Shown: in pieces, positions 29,688-40,996 of the stretch
Numbering within the stretch: the first letter of the stretch is position 1
How the letters are laid out: every line of letters begins with the position of its first letter
Made by a program: the position numbers and the translations under genes
The notes under the pieces: generated by a model
The model's input: the letters and a program-made list of their open reading frames with translations, nothing else
Database searches by the model: none
Told to the model about the DNA's origin: nothing
Assembly: GCA_012862495.1 (NCBI GenBank)
Contig: BLSG01000125.1
Location: 11,646-75,153 of the forward strand
From: Thraustochytrium aureum
Taxonomy: Eukaryota
Direction of reading: 5' to 3'
Length of the DNA: 63,508 nt

Positions 29688-31389
29688 ATGCGCACCTCCG
29701 TCCAGCTCGCTGCGGCGCTCGGCCTCCTCGCCCATGCGGCCTCAGGTCTTCCGCTCGACCTGGTGCGCGACTGCGAGCGTAGGACATGCCTCCAAGAGGC
29801 CGGCACAGGGAAGCTCGAGCTGACGTGCGGAGGCTCCGGCGAGACAATCAAAAGGGTCGTTTTCGCGAGCTTCGGCAAGCCGCGTGGATCTGGGTGCCCC
29901 AGCGCCAACGACGAGCTTTTCAACGGCACCGACGTCGACCTCGCAAGGGCGGTCGGGTGCGACGCATCCAACTCCAAGGCCGTCATCGAGGAGGCCTGCC
30001 TCAAAAAGGAGGAGTGCACAGTGGACCTTGCAAAAGCTTTCGAGCTCAGCGCAGCCGGACTCGAGGCTTGCAATGCCAGCAGCCTTGCAGACCTCGAGAT
30101 GGCCGTCCACGTGGAGTGCGGGGAAGTCTTTGACGTATTCGCCGTCGTGACCTCGCTGGTAATTGCGGCGATCGGGCTGGCGCTCGGCGCCTCTGTCGAG
30201 GTCCACGAGTTCTTGGAGGTGTTCCGCCACCACAAGCGCGCCGTCGTTCTCGGCTGGGTCTGCCAGTTTGGGTTTATGCCCCTGCTCGCGTTTTTCTTCG
30301 TCAAGGTGATGGAGTTTGACCCCCGCGTGGCTGTGGGCGTCATCCTGACGGGGTCGGCGCCCGGGGGCTCCACGTCCAACCTGTTTACGTACTGGGCAAA
30401 AGGAAGCGTGGCGCTCTCGATGACCATGTCTGTCGCGTCGACGCTGTGCGCGCTTTTCATGCTGCCGGTCCTCTCGATCGCCTACATCAACGGTGCCCTG
30501 GGCCTCAAAGACACAGTCGCGCTGCCCATCGGCAACATCATCGCCACGCTCATGGTCGCCATCGTGCCTGCCGGCATCGGGCTCTTCATCCGTCACAAGA
30601 ATGAGCGCATCGCAAAGAAGGTCGAGATCGTCGGCTCCGCCTTGGGCATGGTCTTCATCCTCGGAGCCCTCGTGATTGGCGTCTTGGACAACCCCGAGCT
30701 GATCGATGTTGAGCAGTACGCGCGCGCGTGGATCGCTGCTNNNNNNNNNNNNNNNNNNNNNNNNNNNNNNNNNNNNNNNNNNNNNNNNNNNNNNNNNNNN
30801 NNNNNNNNNNNNNNNNNNNNNNNNNNNNNNNNNNNNNNNNNNNNNNNNNNNNNNNNNNNNNNNNNNNNNNNNNNNNNNNNNNNNNNNNNNNNNNNNNNNN
30901 NNNNNNNNNNNNNNNNNNNNNNNNNNNNNNNNNNNNNNNNNNNNNNNNNNNNNNNNNNNNNNNNNNNNNNNNNNNNNNNNNNNNNNNNNNNNNNNNNNNN
31001 NNNNNNNNNNNNNNNNNNNNNNNNNNNGAGCAGTACGCGCGCGCGTGGATCGCTGCTGCTTTTTCCAGCCCGCTGGCTGCCTCTTCGGCTACGGGATGGC
31101 TCGGCTTGCGCGCTTGCCGCACCCAGAGGCGCGCGCTGTGTGCTTGGAGACTGGTGTTCAGAACTTTTCGCTCACCATTGCCCTAATCACGCTCAGCTAT
31201 ACAGGCTGCGAGCGCCTCGTGGTGCTGACCTTCCCGCTCGTTAGCACGTTCTGGTATCTGGCCAACTCTTTGTGGATCACCGCATTCCTGCGCTATGTTA
31301 TGGCGCCGCGTGACTCTGCCCAGGAGGTCGAGGATTTGCGGGTCGAGAGTGAGGAGCTCGCGGCCTACGTAGACCACGTCAAGCTCTAA
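29688..31389 (+). CDS. SLC10/BASS sodium:bile-acid symporter family protein with signal peptide and N-terminal SUEL (Gal_lectin)-like domain, copy 1
   Basis: Signal peptide MRTSVQLAAALGLLAHAASG. Lectin-like LELTCGGSGETIKRVVFASFGKPRGSGC..CDASNSKAVIEEACLKKEECTVD. SBF motifs GWVCQFGFMPL, APGGSTSNLFTYWAKG, ETGVQN. The gap 30741-31027 is flanked by duplicated sequence (false gap). Confidence 0.9.
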
Positions 31390-33042
31390 CACCAGCACTG
31401 TGGACTGACTCTGCGTCAGCGCCCTGGCTGAATGCATTGCATGTGCACGCACGGCGGGTCCTGCGTGTCGTGGTTGCACGTCCAACCAAGGAGGATCCGA
31501 CTCCTTGGACCAACCAACAGCAGTCAACAACAGCCATCGCAGCTAGTCCAAAAGGTGGCCCAACCGCGCAACTCTTGACCGTGCCAAACTGCGCGGCAGC
31601 ATCCATAGTCTGTACGACACTGGTCCACACACTGATCTGCACATGACCATCCCACGTGGCACGTCATCGGAGCAGAGCAATTTGGGCTCGAGCAGTTTGG
31701 AGCCCAATTTTGCAAGTGCAAGTGCACATAAACCTGTTTCCATCCACACGCTCGCTCTTCCAGCCACGAGAAGGGGGATCTTGCAGAGTTTGTGGGATGG
31801 ACGCCCACACGCCAGCTCCCGGCCATCTCTGCATGGCCAAGGCCTGGCACGGGGCGAGCCTGCTTGGCTTGCACACTCTGCCAACCTGCGCAGTCTCAGC
31901 GCGGGCTCAATGTACTCCGCCTTCCCCCTCTATTCGCAAACCGCCAGGCCAAACGCCCGAGCTGTCCGTGCCGTAGGCGTCTCATGCACAATGAAAAGCG
32001 CCTTCGCCAGCCGACGAGCTGTTCGCTTGCTCGCTGCAAAAGTGGACCCGTCGCTGAAGACCCTCGGGGCAGCCTCCACGCTTTCGCCCGAGAGGCGCCC
32101 CCAGAGTCTCTGACACAGTGTCACCCTGCATAATCAGTGCGCCCCTCAACGGCTCCACCTCCATGATTTGGTCTGGCGCGAGCGCGAGCCGCATCCAGCG
32201 TATCTGACAGCAACTTGCTGACAGTGGCTTATGCACGTTGCTCTAGCTAGCTAGCTTGCACGTACTTACTCTGAGGCTGCTCCACGCGAGAGTGCTCTGC
32301 TGTGCGCCAAGTGTGTTTCAGAGCGGACGGCGTCCTGGCTTCCTTTCCTCGCACAACGGCGTGCGACTTGTCCAACCTGCGCATGAGGCATCGTGTGCTG
32401 GAACTGCGCTAGTCGCGCGAGGCACGGGTCCGACTTTCGCTCCAGCGACTTTCGCTCCAGCGAGCGCGTCTCCGTGCGTCCATCAACCGCGCTTTGCTTG
32501 GAGGAGCGGCGAGGCGGCCTATGAACGAGCACCAGATAAGGAGCCAAGGCCTTCCACCCCCGTTACACCACGAGAGGAGCATCCGCGAGGTGTGAAGAAC
32601 AAGCGCGGTTTGGGCGCGGTTTGGGCGCGGTTTGGCGCGGTTTGACGCGGTTTGGGCGTCATCTTGAATTTGCCCACCTCTGCCGAACCTCGTCGGCCAA
32701 CGGCTTGTTCCAGGATAGCGAGCGGCCAAATCCGGCCGCCATGTTGCTGAGAGGCCTGGGAGGCACACAGCGTTGGAACAGCGACAGCCGAGCGGTTCCT
32801 GACAAACGCATTTTTTTTAAAACTCGCTGCAGCAGCAGGCGAAAACGATTCTGAANNNNNNNNNNNNNNNNNNNNNNNNNNNNNNNNNNNNNNNNNNNNN
32901 NNNNNNNNNNNNNNNNNNNNNNNNNNNNNNNNNNNNNNNNNNNNNNNNNNNNNNNNNNNNNNNNNNNNNNNNNNNNNNNNNNNNNNNNNNNNNNNNNNNN
33001 NNNNNNNNNNNNNNNNNNNNNNNNNNNNNNNNNNNNNNNNNN

Positions 33043-34347
33043 AGCTGCGAGCGCAGGACCTGCCTCTCTGCTGCGGGCAACGAAAAGCTAGAGCTGACCT
33101 GCGGCGGGTCCGGCGAGACGATCAAGTCGATCACATTCGCGAGCTTCGGCAAGCCACTCGGAGTTGGCTGCCCGTCCGCCAACGACGAGCTTTTCAACAA
33201 AACAGACGTCGATCTCCGCGTCAACCCCGACTGTGGCGCCAGCAGGTCGAAAGCCATCATCGAGGAAGCGTGCCTTAAGAAAGAGGAATGCACGGTGGAC
33301 CTCTCTCAAGTGTTCAAGCTCAGCGATGCCGGGCTCGAATCGTGCAATGCGACCGCCCTTGCCGACCTTGAAATGGACGTGCAGATCGAATGCGGTGAAG
33401 TGTTTGACGCTTTTGCCATTGTCACCGCCCTCCTCATCGGTATCATCGGCCTCGCACTCGGCGCCTCCGTGGAGATCCACCAATTTTTGGAGGTCTTTCG
33501 CGAGCACAAGCGCGCCGTCTTGGTTGGCTGGATCTGCCAGTTCGGCTTCATGCCCTTGATCGCCTTCTTCTTCGTCAAGGTGATGCAGTTCGACGACCGC
33601 GTCGCAATTGGTGTGATCCTGACGGGCTCCTCGCCGGGCGGGACCACGTCAAACCTCCTCACCTACTGGGCCAAAGGCAGCGTCGCTCTCTCGATGACCA
33701 TGTCTGCTGCCTCGACTCTGTGCGCGTTCTTCATGCTCCCGCTCCTTTCCTATGCCTACATCAACGGCGCGCTTGGACTCACCGACTCTGTGACGCTTCC
33801 CATCGGCAACATTGTTGCCACGCTCATGGTCGCCATCGTACCAGCCTGCTTTGGGCTTTGGATTCGCCACAAGAGCGAGCGCATCGCCAAGAAAGTCGAG
33901 AAGATTGGGTCCATCATCGGAGCCCTCTTCATGGTTGGCGCCTTCGTTCTCGGAGTCACCGACAACCCGGATATTCTCAAGGTCAACGAGTACCCGCGCG
34001 CGTGGCTCGCCGCGGCCTTCTTCCAGCCGGCAGGTTGCCTCGCCGGCTACGTCATGGCGCGCCTGTGCCGCCTCCCCCACCCCGAGGCGCGCGCCGTTTG
34101 CCTCGAGACGGGCGTGCAGAGCTTTACCCTCACCATTGCCCTCGTCACGCTCAGCTACACGGGGTGCGAGCGCCTTGTGGTGCTCACGTTCCCGCTTATC
34201 AGTACGATGTGGTACCTCATCAACTCGTTCTGGATCACGCTGTTCCTTCGGTACGTCTTGGCCCCGCGGGACTCGGCCAAGGAGATCGAAGACCTCCGTG
34301 TAGAGAGCGAGGAGCTCGCCACGCACCGCGTCAAGCCAGACCTTTAA
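33043..34347 (+). CDS. SLC10/BASS symporter with SUEL-like domain, copy 2 (tandem paralog; start in gap)
   Basis: CERRTCLSAAGNEKLELTCGGSGETIKSITFASFGKPLGVGC..; GWICQFGFMPL, SPGGTTSNLLTYWAKG, ETGVQS. Collinear with copy 1 but with many substitutions. Confidence 0.92.
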   Translation, partial: SCERRTCLSAAGNEKLELTCGGSGETIKSITFASFGKPLGVGCPSANDELFNKTDVDLRVNPDCGASRSKAIIEEACLKKEECTVDLSQVFKLSDAGLESCNATALADLEMDVQIECGEVFDAFAIVTALLIGIIGLALGASVEIHQFLEVFREHKRAVLVGWICQFGFMPLIAFFFVKVMQFDDRVAIGVILTGSSPGGTTSNLLTYWAKGSVALSMTMSAASTLCAFFMLPLLSYAYINGALGLTDSVTLPIGNIVATLMVAIVPACFGLWIRHKSERIAKKVEKIGSIIGALFMVGAFVLGVTDNPDILKVNEYPRAWLAAAFFQPAGCLAGYVMARLCRLPHPEARAVCLETGVQSFTLTIALVTLSYTGCERLVVLTFPLISTMWYLINSFWITLFLRYVLAPRDSAKEIEDLRVESEELATHRVKPDL

Positions 34348-35025
34348 ACTCGGGCTGGTCTTCCGCTCCTGAGCGGCGCCTGAACTACCGTCGGTTAGTG
34401 CTCGGTGAATCCGGGCGGTCGGGTAGGCGGCGACGCTCCCTGCACCGTGACCAAGTTGCTGCGGTGCGCGCTCTCTTGCTAGATCTAGATCGTGTTGATA
34501 CATCCGCGCAAATCTGTGTTTCATTTCTACCCCGCGTGCCCTCTCGCGTCTCTCTCTCTCTACTAGCGCTCCAGCTCGCTCTGACTACAAGCTTGCCTCC
34601 CGCCCAGGCATGCCTCGTGCGGCTGGCTGCAACCGAGTCACAAGTCAAACTCCACCGACTCGAGCCACAGAGCGTCCTGGGAGCCTCTGAGAAGCACGCT
34701 GTCCCAGATAACGCCGTAAAAGCTGCACTGCGAGGTTCCCGCGCCAGCCGCATCCGGCGAATCACTACCTGCAGGCGCGGCCTTCGCCTGCTCGCCCTCG
34801 CTACCGGCGTGGCCGGCTTCCGAGCCGGAGTGCGATTCACTCGCGCGCCCTCCTTGCGCGATCGAGTACGCCGGGAGGACGCAAATCTTGGGAAGGCACA
34901 CGATTAGGTCACGCCCGCATGGCCCAACTGCTTGCTCGCCTCGATCCGAAGGTGCAGGGTCTGCAGCTTTTCGAGCTCGTGGTCCCCAAGCCCAACCACC
35001 GAAAACGAGTCGCAGCACATGAGCC

Positions 35026-35838
35026 TCACCAGCGCCGAGTGGCGCTGCTCGGGCTCGTCCCCGCGAGCTGCGGCGCACGTGTCGCCCCCAGAGAGAAGAA
35101 GAGGGTAATAGTGACGCGGAGCGCCCCCCAGAACCAAGGCGGGGGCGCACCTGCAACTGCTGCATCCTGCCTGCGTTGCTCCGCTTCGTCCAGGACCCCT
35201 AGTAAAACGACTTGGTCAGTGCCCCTGCGCGTAGCTGTCACGCGCCTCCCGTCACAGAACTCAAGCATGGCGTCCCCCACCGTGTGCGTGAGGCAGACGC
35301 CGTCAAGGGACTTGAGGGCCCAGGCCAGTGTCCTGCCCTCCTCGTCTCCCTCGTCGACATCCAGCGGATGCGAGGACCCTTCCGCTCTGTCGTGGCCTTG
35401 GGCAGCCGTGTGCCGCCGAAGCGCGACGCCGTCGAGTCCACACGCTTCGCCGCGTTTGTGCTGGTATCGCCAGCCGACCTGCGCGCCGCACGATTTGCAC
35501 GTCGCAACCTGCCATAGGTAGTTGTCGAAAAAGCTCGCCGTGGCTTGCGGCCGCCCCTCCGCAGCCGCCCGCGCCCTCGCCAGCGCGACGACCTCAAACT
35601 CGACCTTGTCCGGGTTTCGAAACCGTTTCAGCTTCGGCGCCGCCCCGTGGCCGTCGTCCGGGTCGGCATCTTCGCGAGCCTCCCTGCCCACATCGACCAC
35701 GTCCGCCAAGGTCCCCACCAGCGTCCCGCACCGCCTGCACAGCAGCTGCTCGTCTTCGGCACTTTCGCGCAGGCCGCCGTGCGCCACCACGAGGACGCCG
35801 CACCACCACACCGCGGCCGCGACCCGGGCCACCCGCAT
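35026..35838 (-). CDS. Secreted cereblon-like (CULT/Yippee Zn-binding) protein with an inserted MRH/PRKCSH-like segment; C-terminus uncertain
   Basis: Signal-like MRVARVAAAVWWCGVLVVAHG; LLCRRCG..FRNPDKVEFEVV..SFFDNYLWQVATCKSCGAQVGWRY; then LKSLDGVCLTHTVGDAMLEFCDGRRV..LLG; then FWG. Confidence 0.75.
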   Translation of the reverse strand: MRVARVAAAVWWCGVLVVAHGGLRESAEDEQLLCRRCGTLVGTLADVVDVGREAREDADPDDGHGAAPKLKRFRNPDKVEFEVVALARARAAAEGRPQATASFFDNYLWQVATCKSCGAQVGWRYQHKRGEACGLDGVALRRHTAAQGHDRAEGSSHPLDVDEGDEEGRTLAWALKSLDGVCLTHTVGDAMLEFCDGRRVTATRRGTDQVVLLGVLDEAEQRRQDAAVAGAPPPWFWGALRVTITLFFSLGATRAPQLAGTSPSSATRRW

Positions 35839-35948
35839 GGCTCTCGGACGGGCTCTGCTGCTGGCCGCCCTCCTGCTGGACGCTCTGCCTGCCGCACGGT
35901 GGTCTGCTCGGCCCCGGCTTGCTCGTCTGCGCGAGGCGGATACGCGGC

Positions 35949-35992
35949 CGGATGGACGGATGGATGGACGGATGGACGAATGGATGGATGGA
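35949..35992 (+). repeat. (GGAT/GGAC)n microsatellite; a similar tract at about 36207-36262
   Basis: ggatggacggatggatggacggatggacgaatggatggatgg. Confidence 0.85.
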
Positions 35993-36586
35993 GGACCGCG
36001 AGGACTCGCACGCGGATGAACGAACGCGGCTCTGCGCGGGGCAACGCTCCGGGCGCCTGGAGCTCCGTGCGATCTGCTCGAGCTCGTGGAGCGCCTACCT
36101 GCCTTCCATGCACGAGCGCAGTCTGCTCGAGCGTGGCGCTGCGGGCGTCGGAGGACCGGTCGATGTTGCTGCGACGGCGAGGAGGACGGACGCGAGGACG
36201 GTCGCGTGGATGGACGGATGGATGGCGGATGGGTGGGTGGGTGGGTGGGTGGACGGGCGGGCGGTGATGGCAGCCAGGCCGGCCGGCGAGCCATGCGGGC
36301 CGCGTCACGCTGCGCGCGGCATCTGTCGGTCGGTCTGCAGGGAGCTTGCTGCTGGCGAAACGACTCTAGCTAGCGTGGAGCCGCTTGCGTCACTGCGTGT
36401 GCGAGCTGCGAAGCGCAATCACAGTGGCGTCATGCATAGTCGCGCAAGCGGCGAACGAGATGGGATGGCAGCAAGCCTGAAAGCGACTTGCCGAGCAACT
36501 CGTCGTGGTTTTGCGAGAGCGAGCTTGCGCGAGGCGAAACCCCTGCACCGAGCGAGGAGGCGGCCGCTGTGCAGCTGAAAGGGACG

Positions 36587-37309
36587 ATGTGGGCGATCGT
36601 TTATGTGGGCGCCTTCGTCGTGGCGGCGTTCGTGGCGCAGATCCAACTGCACTGGGCGGCCTTCGGGACGGTCGACGCAATCCACGCCGCGCTCGCGCTG
36701 TTCCTGAGCATCAACCTGCTGATCTGCTTGTGGGAGCTCGTGCTCTTCTTCCACATCGAAAGGATCAAGAGCGGTTACCAGGGCAAGCTGAAAAAGCTAG
36801 AGCGCGGAGACATCGGCAAGATTTTCTTGTTCGAGCACGTGTCTCTGCGCGAGGCGCTGAGCAGCGCGTACTGGGCCGAGGTCTGGATCGTCTACAGCCT
36901 CATGGACGCCTCCTACAGCGACACCGGCTCATTCGGATGGAACATCGACATTGGCAATGGCATGTCCACGCTCGTACCTTCCGTTCTGTTCGCAGCCGGC
37001 ATGTCCCTCGGCGACAAGGTCCTGCCACCGCGGGTGCTGGGCATCGTCGGCGCGCTCAGCTTTTACCAGATGTTTTACGGTACTGTCATCTACTTTACCC
37101 AATACATCGTCAACCGCCGGTGGCGAGTGCACGGCAGCACGCCGCTGCAGATCGTCGCGCTCGTCATCTGCAGCAACATCGTTTGGTTCATCTTTCCTGC
37201 GCTCGGCGTCTTTGCGTCGTGCCAGCTCATTCTCTCTGACGCAGCAGACCCCTTCCGCGAGGTTTTCACTGCCAACCCGGTCTTTGCTCGCGCCGCGGGG
37301 GCGTTCTGA
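36587..37309 (+). CDS. EXPERA/EBP-like (sterol isomerase superfamily) multi-pass membrane protein
   Basis: 5-6 TM segments; ICLWE, WIVYSLMDASY, FYGTVIYF and SNIVWFIFP resemble EBP-family W..Y...D..Y and N..W...P motifs. Confidence 0.6.
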   Translation: MWAIVYVGAFVVAAFVAQIQLHWAAFGTVDAIHAALALFLSINLLICLWELVLFFHIERIKSGYQGKLKKLERGDIGKIFLFEHVSLREALSSAYWAEVWIVYSLMDASYSDTGSFGWNIDIGNGMSTLVPSVLFAAGMSLGDKVLPPRVLGIVGALSFYQMFYGTVIYFTQYIVNRRWRVHGSTPLQIVALVICSNIVWFIFPALGVFASCQLILSDAADPFREVFTANPVFARAAGAF

Positions 37310-37947
37310 GGCGTCGCGGCCGTCGCGGCCGGCGCAGCCATTTCGTTCCAACTCCACCCAAAGCAAAAGAAAACTGAACCCAACCCAACTCCGTGCGTCC
37401 CCAAACGACGTTTGCCTTTTGGAAGCAGCTGCTGCCGAGGGCCGCACGATCTTGGCGCTCTCTCTTTCTCTTGGCACGAGCTGAGCGTGGCGCCGCTGTC
37501 ACAGAGTGCGCCGGCGAAAGAGGAAGAGAGCATGGCGCCCTCTTCCTTACGTTGAACGCTCGGCATCGAACCGAGAAGAGGCCTGCAGCCTCGCCGCCAA
37601 CTGGCTCCGCAGAAACAAACTAACCAAAGAAAGAAAAGCAACGAAAAAGTCGGCCAGCCGGCCAGACAAAACCGGCCAGCCGGCTGACCGGCCAACGAAA
37701 GTCGGCCAAGCGGCTGGCGGGCCAACGAAAGTCGGCAAGCCGGCTGGCCGGCCGGCACTTCGTCCTTTCATCGCCGCAGGTACGCGAGTGGCGCGAGAGG
37801 AACGTACTCGGTTGTTGCAAGTGTCGCGAAAGTGACCGTTGGAGCCGTTGAAATGCGTCGACTGCAGACCAACATCGGTGCAAGCCCGCGGGCGGGCACG
37901 CACGCGGAGTGGTGCTGCTGCGCTCGCGCGCTGGCCCAGTGGAAGCG

Positions 37948-40575
37948 ATGGACAACGCGGCTGTGCGCCGCATGGTCCTGCGCAAAAAGGCGGCGGTTGC
38001 GGCAGCGCGCGCAGAGGCCAACCTGGCAGCCACCCAACCTGTCATCGGCCCGTTCGCCGCGCTCCCGGCGGGGGACGACGGCCAGCGGGCCGAATTCATC
38101 GTCAAGCAGAAGACGCGCCATCAACCGGACGTGGTGGAGGTGCGAGAGCGGCGAGAGCGGCAACTGGACGGACCTGAAGAAAGGTTCGTGGAGAATGTGG
38201 CGCTGCTGTGGAAAGGGACTCACGCCTTCAAAGTTGGCCGCGAAGTCCGCGAGCACCTGCACATGCAGGTTGTAGACATGGTCATTTTCAGCGACGGACG
38301 ACCCAAGACGTGGTTGTTTACCTCCAAGAAGACAGGCAAGTTTCTGAAAAAGAACAACGACAAGGTCAACTTTCGGGCAATCGNNNNNNNNNNNNNNNNN
38401 NNNNNNNNNNNNNNNNNNNNNNNNNNNNNNNNNNNNNNNNNNNNNNNNNNNNNNNNNNNNNNNNNNNNNNNNNNNNNNNNNNNNNNNNNNNNNNNNNNNN
38501 NNNNNNNNNNNNNNNNNNNNNNNNNNNNNNNNNNNNNNNNNNNNNNNNNNNNNNNNNNNNNNNNNNNNNNNNNNNNNNNNNNNNNNNNNNNNNNNNNNNN
38601 NNNNNNNNNNNNNNNNNNCTAGGCTGCCAGGACCCGACCCAAGCGCTCTGCGAGGACGAACTGCGAGGGCTGCTCTCGAACGAGAGCAAGCAACGGAACG
38701 TCTACATCAAGCAGGATGAAGCTCGTGTGCGGTCCCGCGCGTCCAAGCTCAACAAGGACCTCGAGCGCCTGACGCTCCAGGTTGTCCGATTTATTGAGGC
38801 CACGCGCCCGGCGTGTCTAATTAGCACCATGCGCGCAGAGTTTATTGTCTCAGGGAGCGGTCACGCACCCGTCCTCACGCACATCACGGACGTAGAGTTT
38901 CGCAAGCCCCTCGTTCGCCGCCTCGAGAGCCTCTCCGCGCGGAGCGAGGACAGCGAGTCGATAGGGTCGATGTTCTCCTGCCGCTCCAGCACCTCGGCGG
39001 GGTCGGCAGCCGAAGGGTCTGGCCCGAGCAGCGCGTCTGACCGCGCGCAGCAGAGCAAGCCCTTGCGGCCTGAGGTGGCCCCCTGCGCAGAGGACAGGGT
39101 ACGCCTTGTGCTTCAAGCTGTAGCGGGCGTGACGCGCCCTGGGCCCATCGATTCCTCCAAAACAAGGCCGCGGTCAGCCGGGGCCAACCAGCGCGGCGCG
39201 CAGCATATGCCATCAGGGTTGAGGACACCATGTACGGGTCAGTATTGCGTGGCGCGTCTTGGCGAGGCAGGCTCGGGCAGAGAAGGGGGGGGGGCTACAG
39301 GGAGCGACGCTTGCGGCGGGCCAGCCGGGCTCTACAAACAAGGTCCTCTTGCTGTCGCTGCTACAGGCCGCCGTGCAGGACGTCAGAGTCGCGCCGTGTG
39401 GGCATGGCGCAGATACGACCGTTGCAGTTACTCGGGTGGGCGACCCACGACGCGCTGACGCGAGCACTCTCGCGGCTGCCTACAAGGTCTCGACGTGGCG
39501 CTTGTACACGCCTGTGAACGTCTGCGACGCCTGCTACGAGGCATACCAGGCGATTGAGCAAAGCCGCGCTCTCTGGGAGCGCCCTGCGGCGCTTCCGCAA
39601 GCCTCAAGGGTGGCTGATGAGGACCTCGACCAGGCTATTCGCCTTTCGGACCGCGTTGTCGCCTGCACGACAGGCATGGCAGACCGCCCCCGCCGCCCCA
39701 AGGCCCTTTCGCCGGCCGGACAGCTGGCCAAAGACAGAGACCGAGCGCGACCAAAGGCAAGCTGCGTCGACAGAGCCGAGCCGGATGACCTGGGCACAAA
39801 GGATGCCGCAACGAGCCGCCCGTCGGATGCAAGTAGCACGCCCAAAGACAACCAAGAACAGCGCGCGACTTTAAGAAAGGACTCCGTCGCGCTTGGTCGC
39901 GGTTTCTTCAGCCCCTCGCACTGCAAAGAAAATAACCAGGAGTGCTCGCCGCGTGCAGGATGCTGCCGGGAGTGCGACGAACGTCTCTTTCGGCGAGGAG
40001 CTCTCGGGCCCGAGCGGGAGCAAGCCCCGTCTGATTCAAAGCCTAAGCCTCCTGGAGTGCCTGCGCCGCCAGCGCATTGTCCCGAGCCGGTCCCCACGCC
40101 GGAGGCACCGATTCGGCTCGACCAGCTTGTGCGGGCGATGAGCGAGCTGTGGCGCATCGAGCACGGCGTTTCGCATTCGAGCTCGAGCGACGAGGACGAC
40201 CCGGCGGCGGCGTCTGCCGAGCCTGCGATGCCCGGGGCGGTTTTGGTGCCCGTGCCTGGACTCCTGCGCCGTGCACCGCCACCCCCAAGCTACCCGCCGC
40301 CCCCTTCAGCGGTCTCTCGGGCCTCGTCGACTGCAGTGGAGCCTGCCAGGGCTGTTGTTGGAGCACGGCCAACGAGCGCCAAGACGAAAACGCGGAGCGG
40401 CCCTACATACCGCTTCGCCTCTGGCTGTGAAGAGTGTTGTGAAGGGTGCTCGAACTGCCGATCAGGGCGTCGTTGCCGCGCCGCCCAAGACGCAACGAGT
40501 GGCGGCCCTGCACGAAAAGCTTTGCCCTGCGTTAAATTTAAGTGTCGGGCTACCTGCTGGCGGGCCAGACGCTAG
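37948..40575 (+). CDS. Large hypothetical protein with a split Cys cluster; gap and indels, C-terminus uncertain
   Basis: Consecutive coding-like ORFs 37948-38383 (DMVIFSDGRPKTWLFTSKKTGKFLKK), 38619-~39290 (..PCTGQYC) and ~39290-40575 (LYTPVNVCDACYEAYQ), with a frame switch at the G-run near 39285-39294. Confidence 0.55.
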
Positions 40576-40996
40576 CGACGCGCACGTCGTCCATCCTCCC
40601 TTATTTGCGATCCGGCGCAAGTCGTTTATCCCGCCAGAGCGGCTCTAGCCCGGAATCCGGTTTCGGACCGACAGCCAGTCTCGTCGGGTGAATAATGTAG
40701 GATGCATGTAGACAATTAGTTGACCAACGAGACCACGAGCAGGTGTTGATCAGGCGCCCGCGCGCAGCCGCGCGCAGCCGCGCTGGCCTTGGCCTTGGGG
40801 CGCTACCGCACCAAACGGTCCACGAACTCCTACTGGGCGTCCGCGGCCCCTCAAGGCTCACGAGTCTCGAGGAGGCGGTCGCGAGCGCGCACGAACAATT
40901 TTAACGGTCTGGCTTGCGCGGCAGCCCTTCGAGCGGTAGTCGCCAAGAGGCATCTAGACAGCTCGGTCGAGGGCGCGTTTGGCCCGCCTCGCCGTC

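Noticed and set aside
31400..32855. Spacer between the SLC10 paralogs with short ORFs and gcgcggtttgg repeats (about 32603-32658) as a possible mobile element
   Set aside because: No transposase or reverse transcriptase motifs, terminal repeats or target-site duplication recognised
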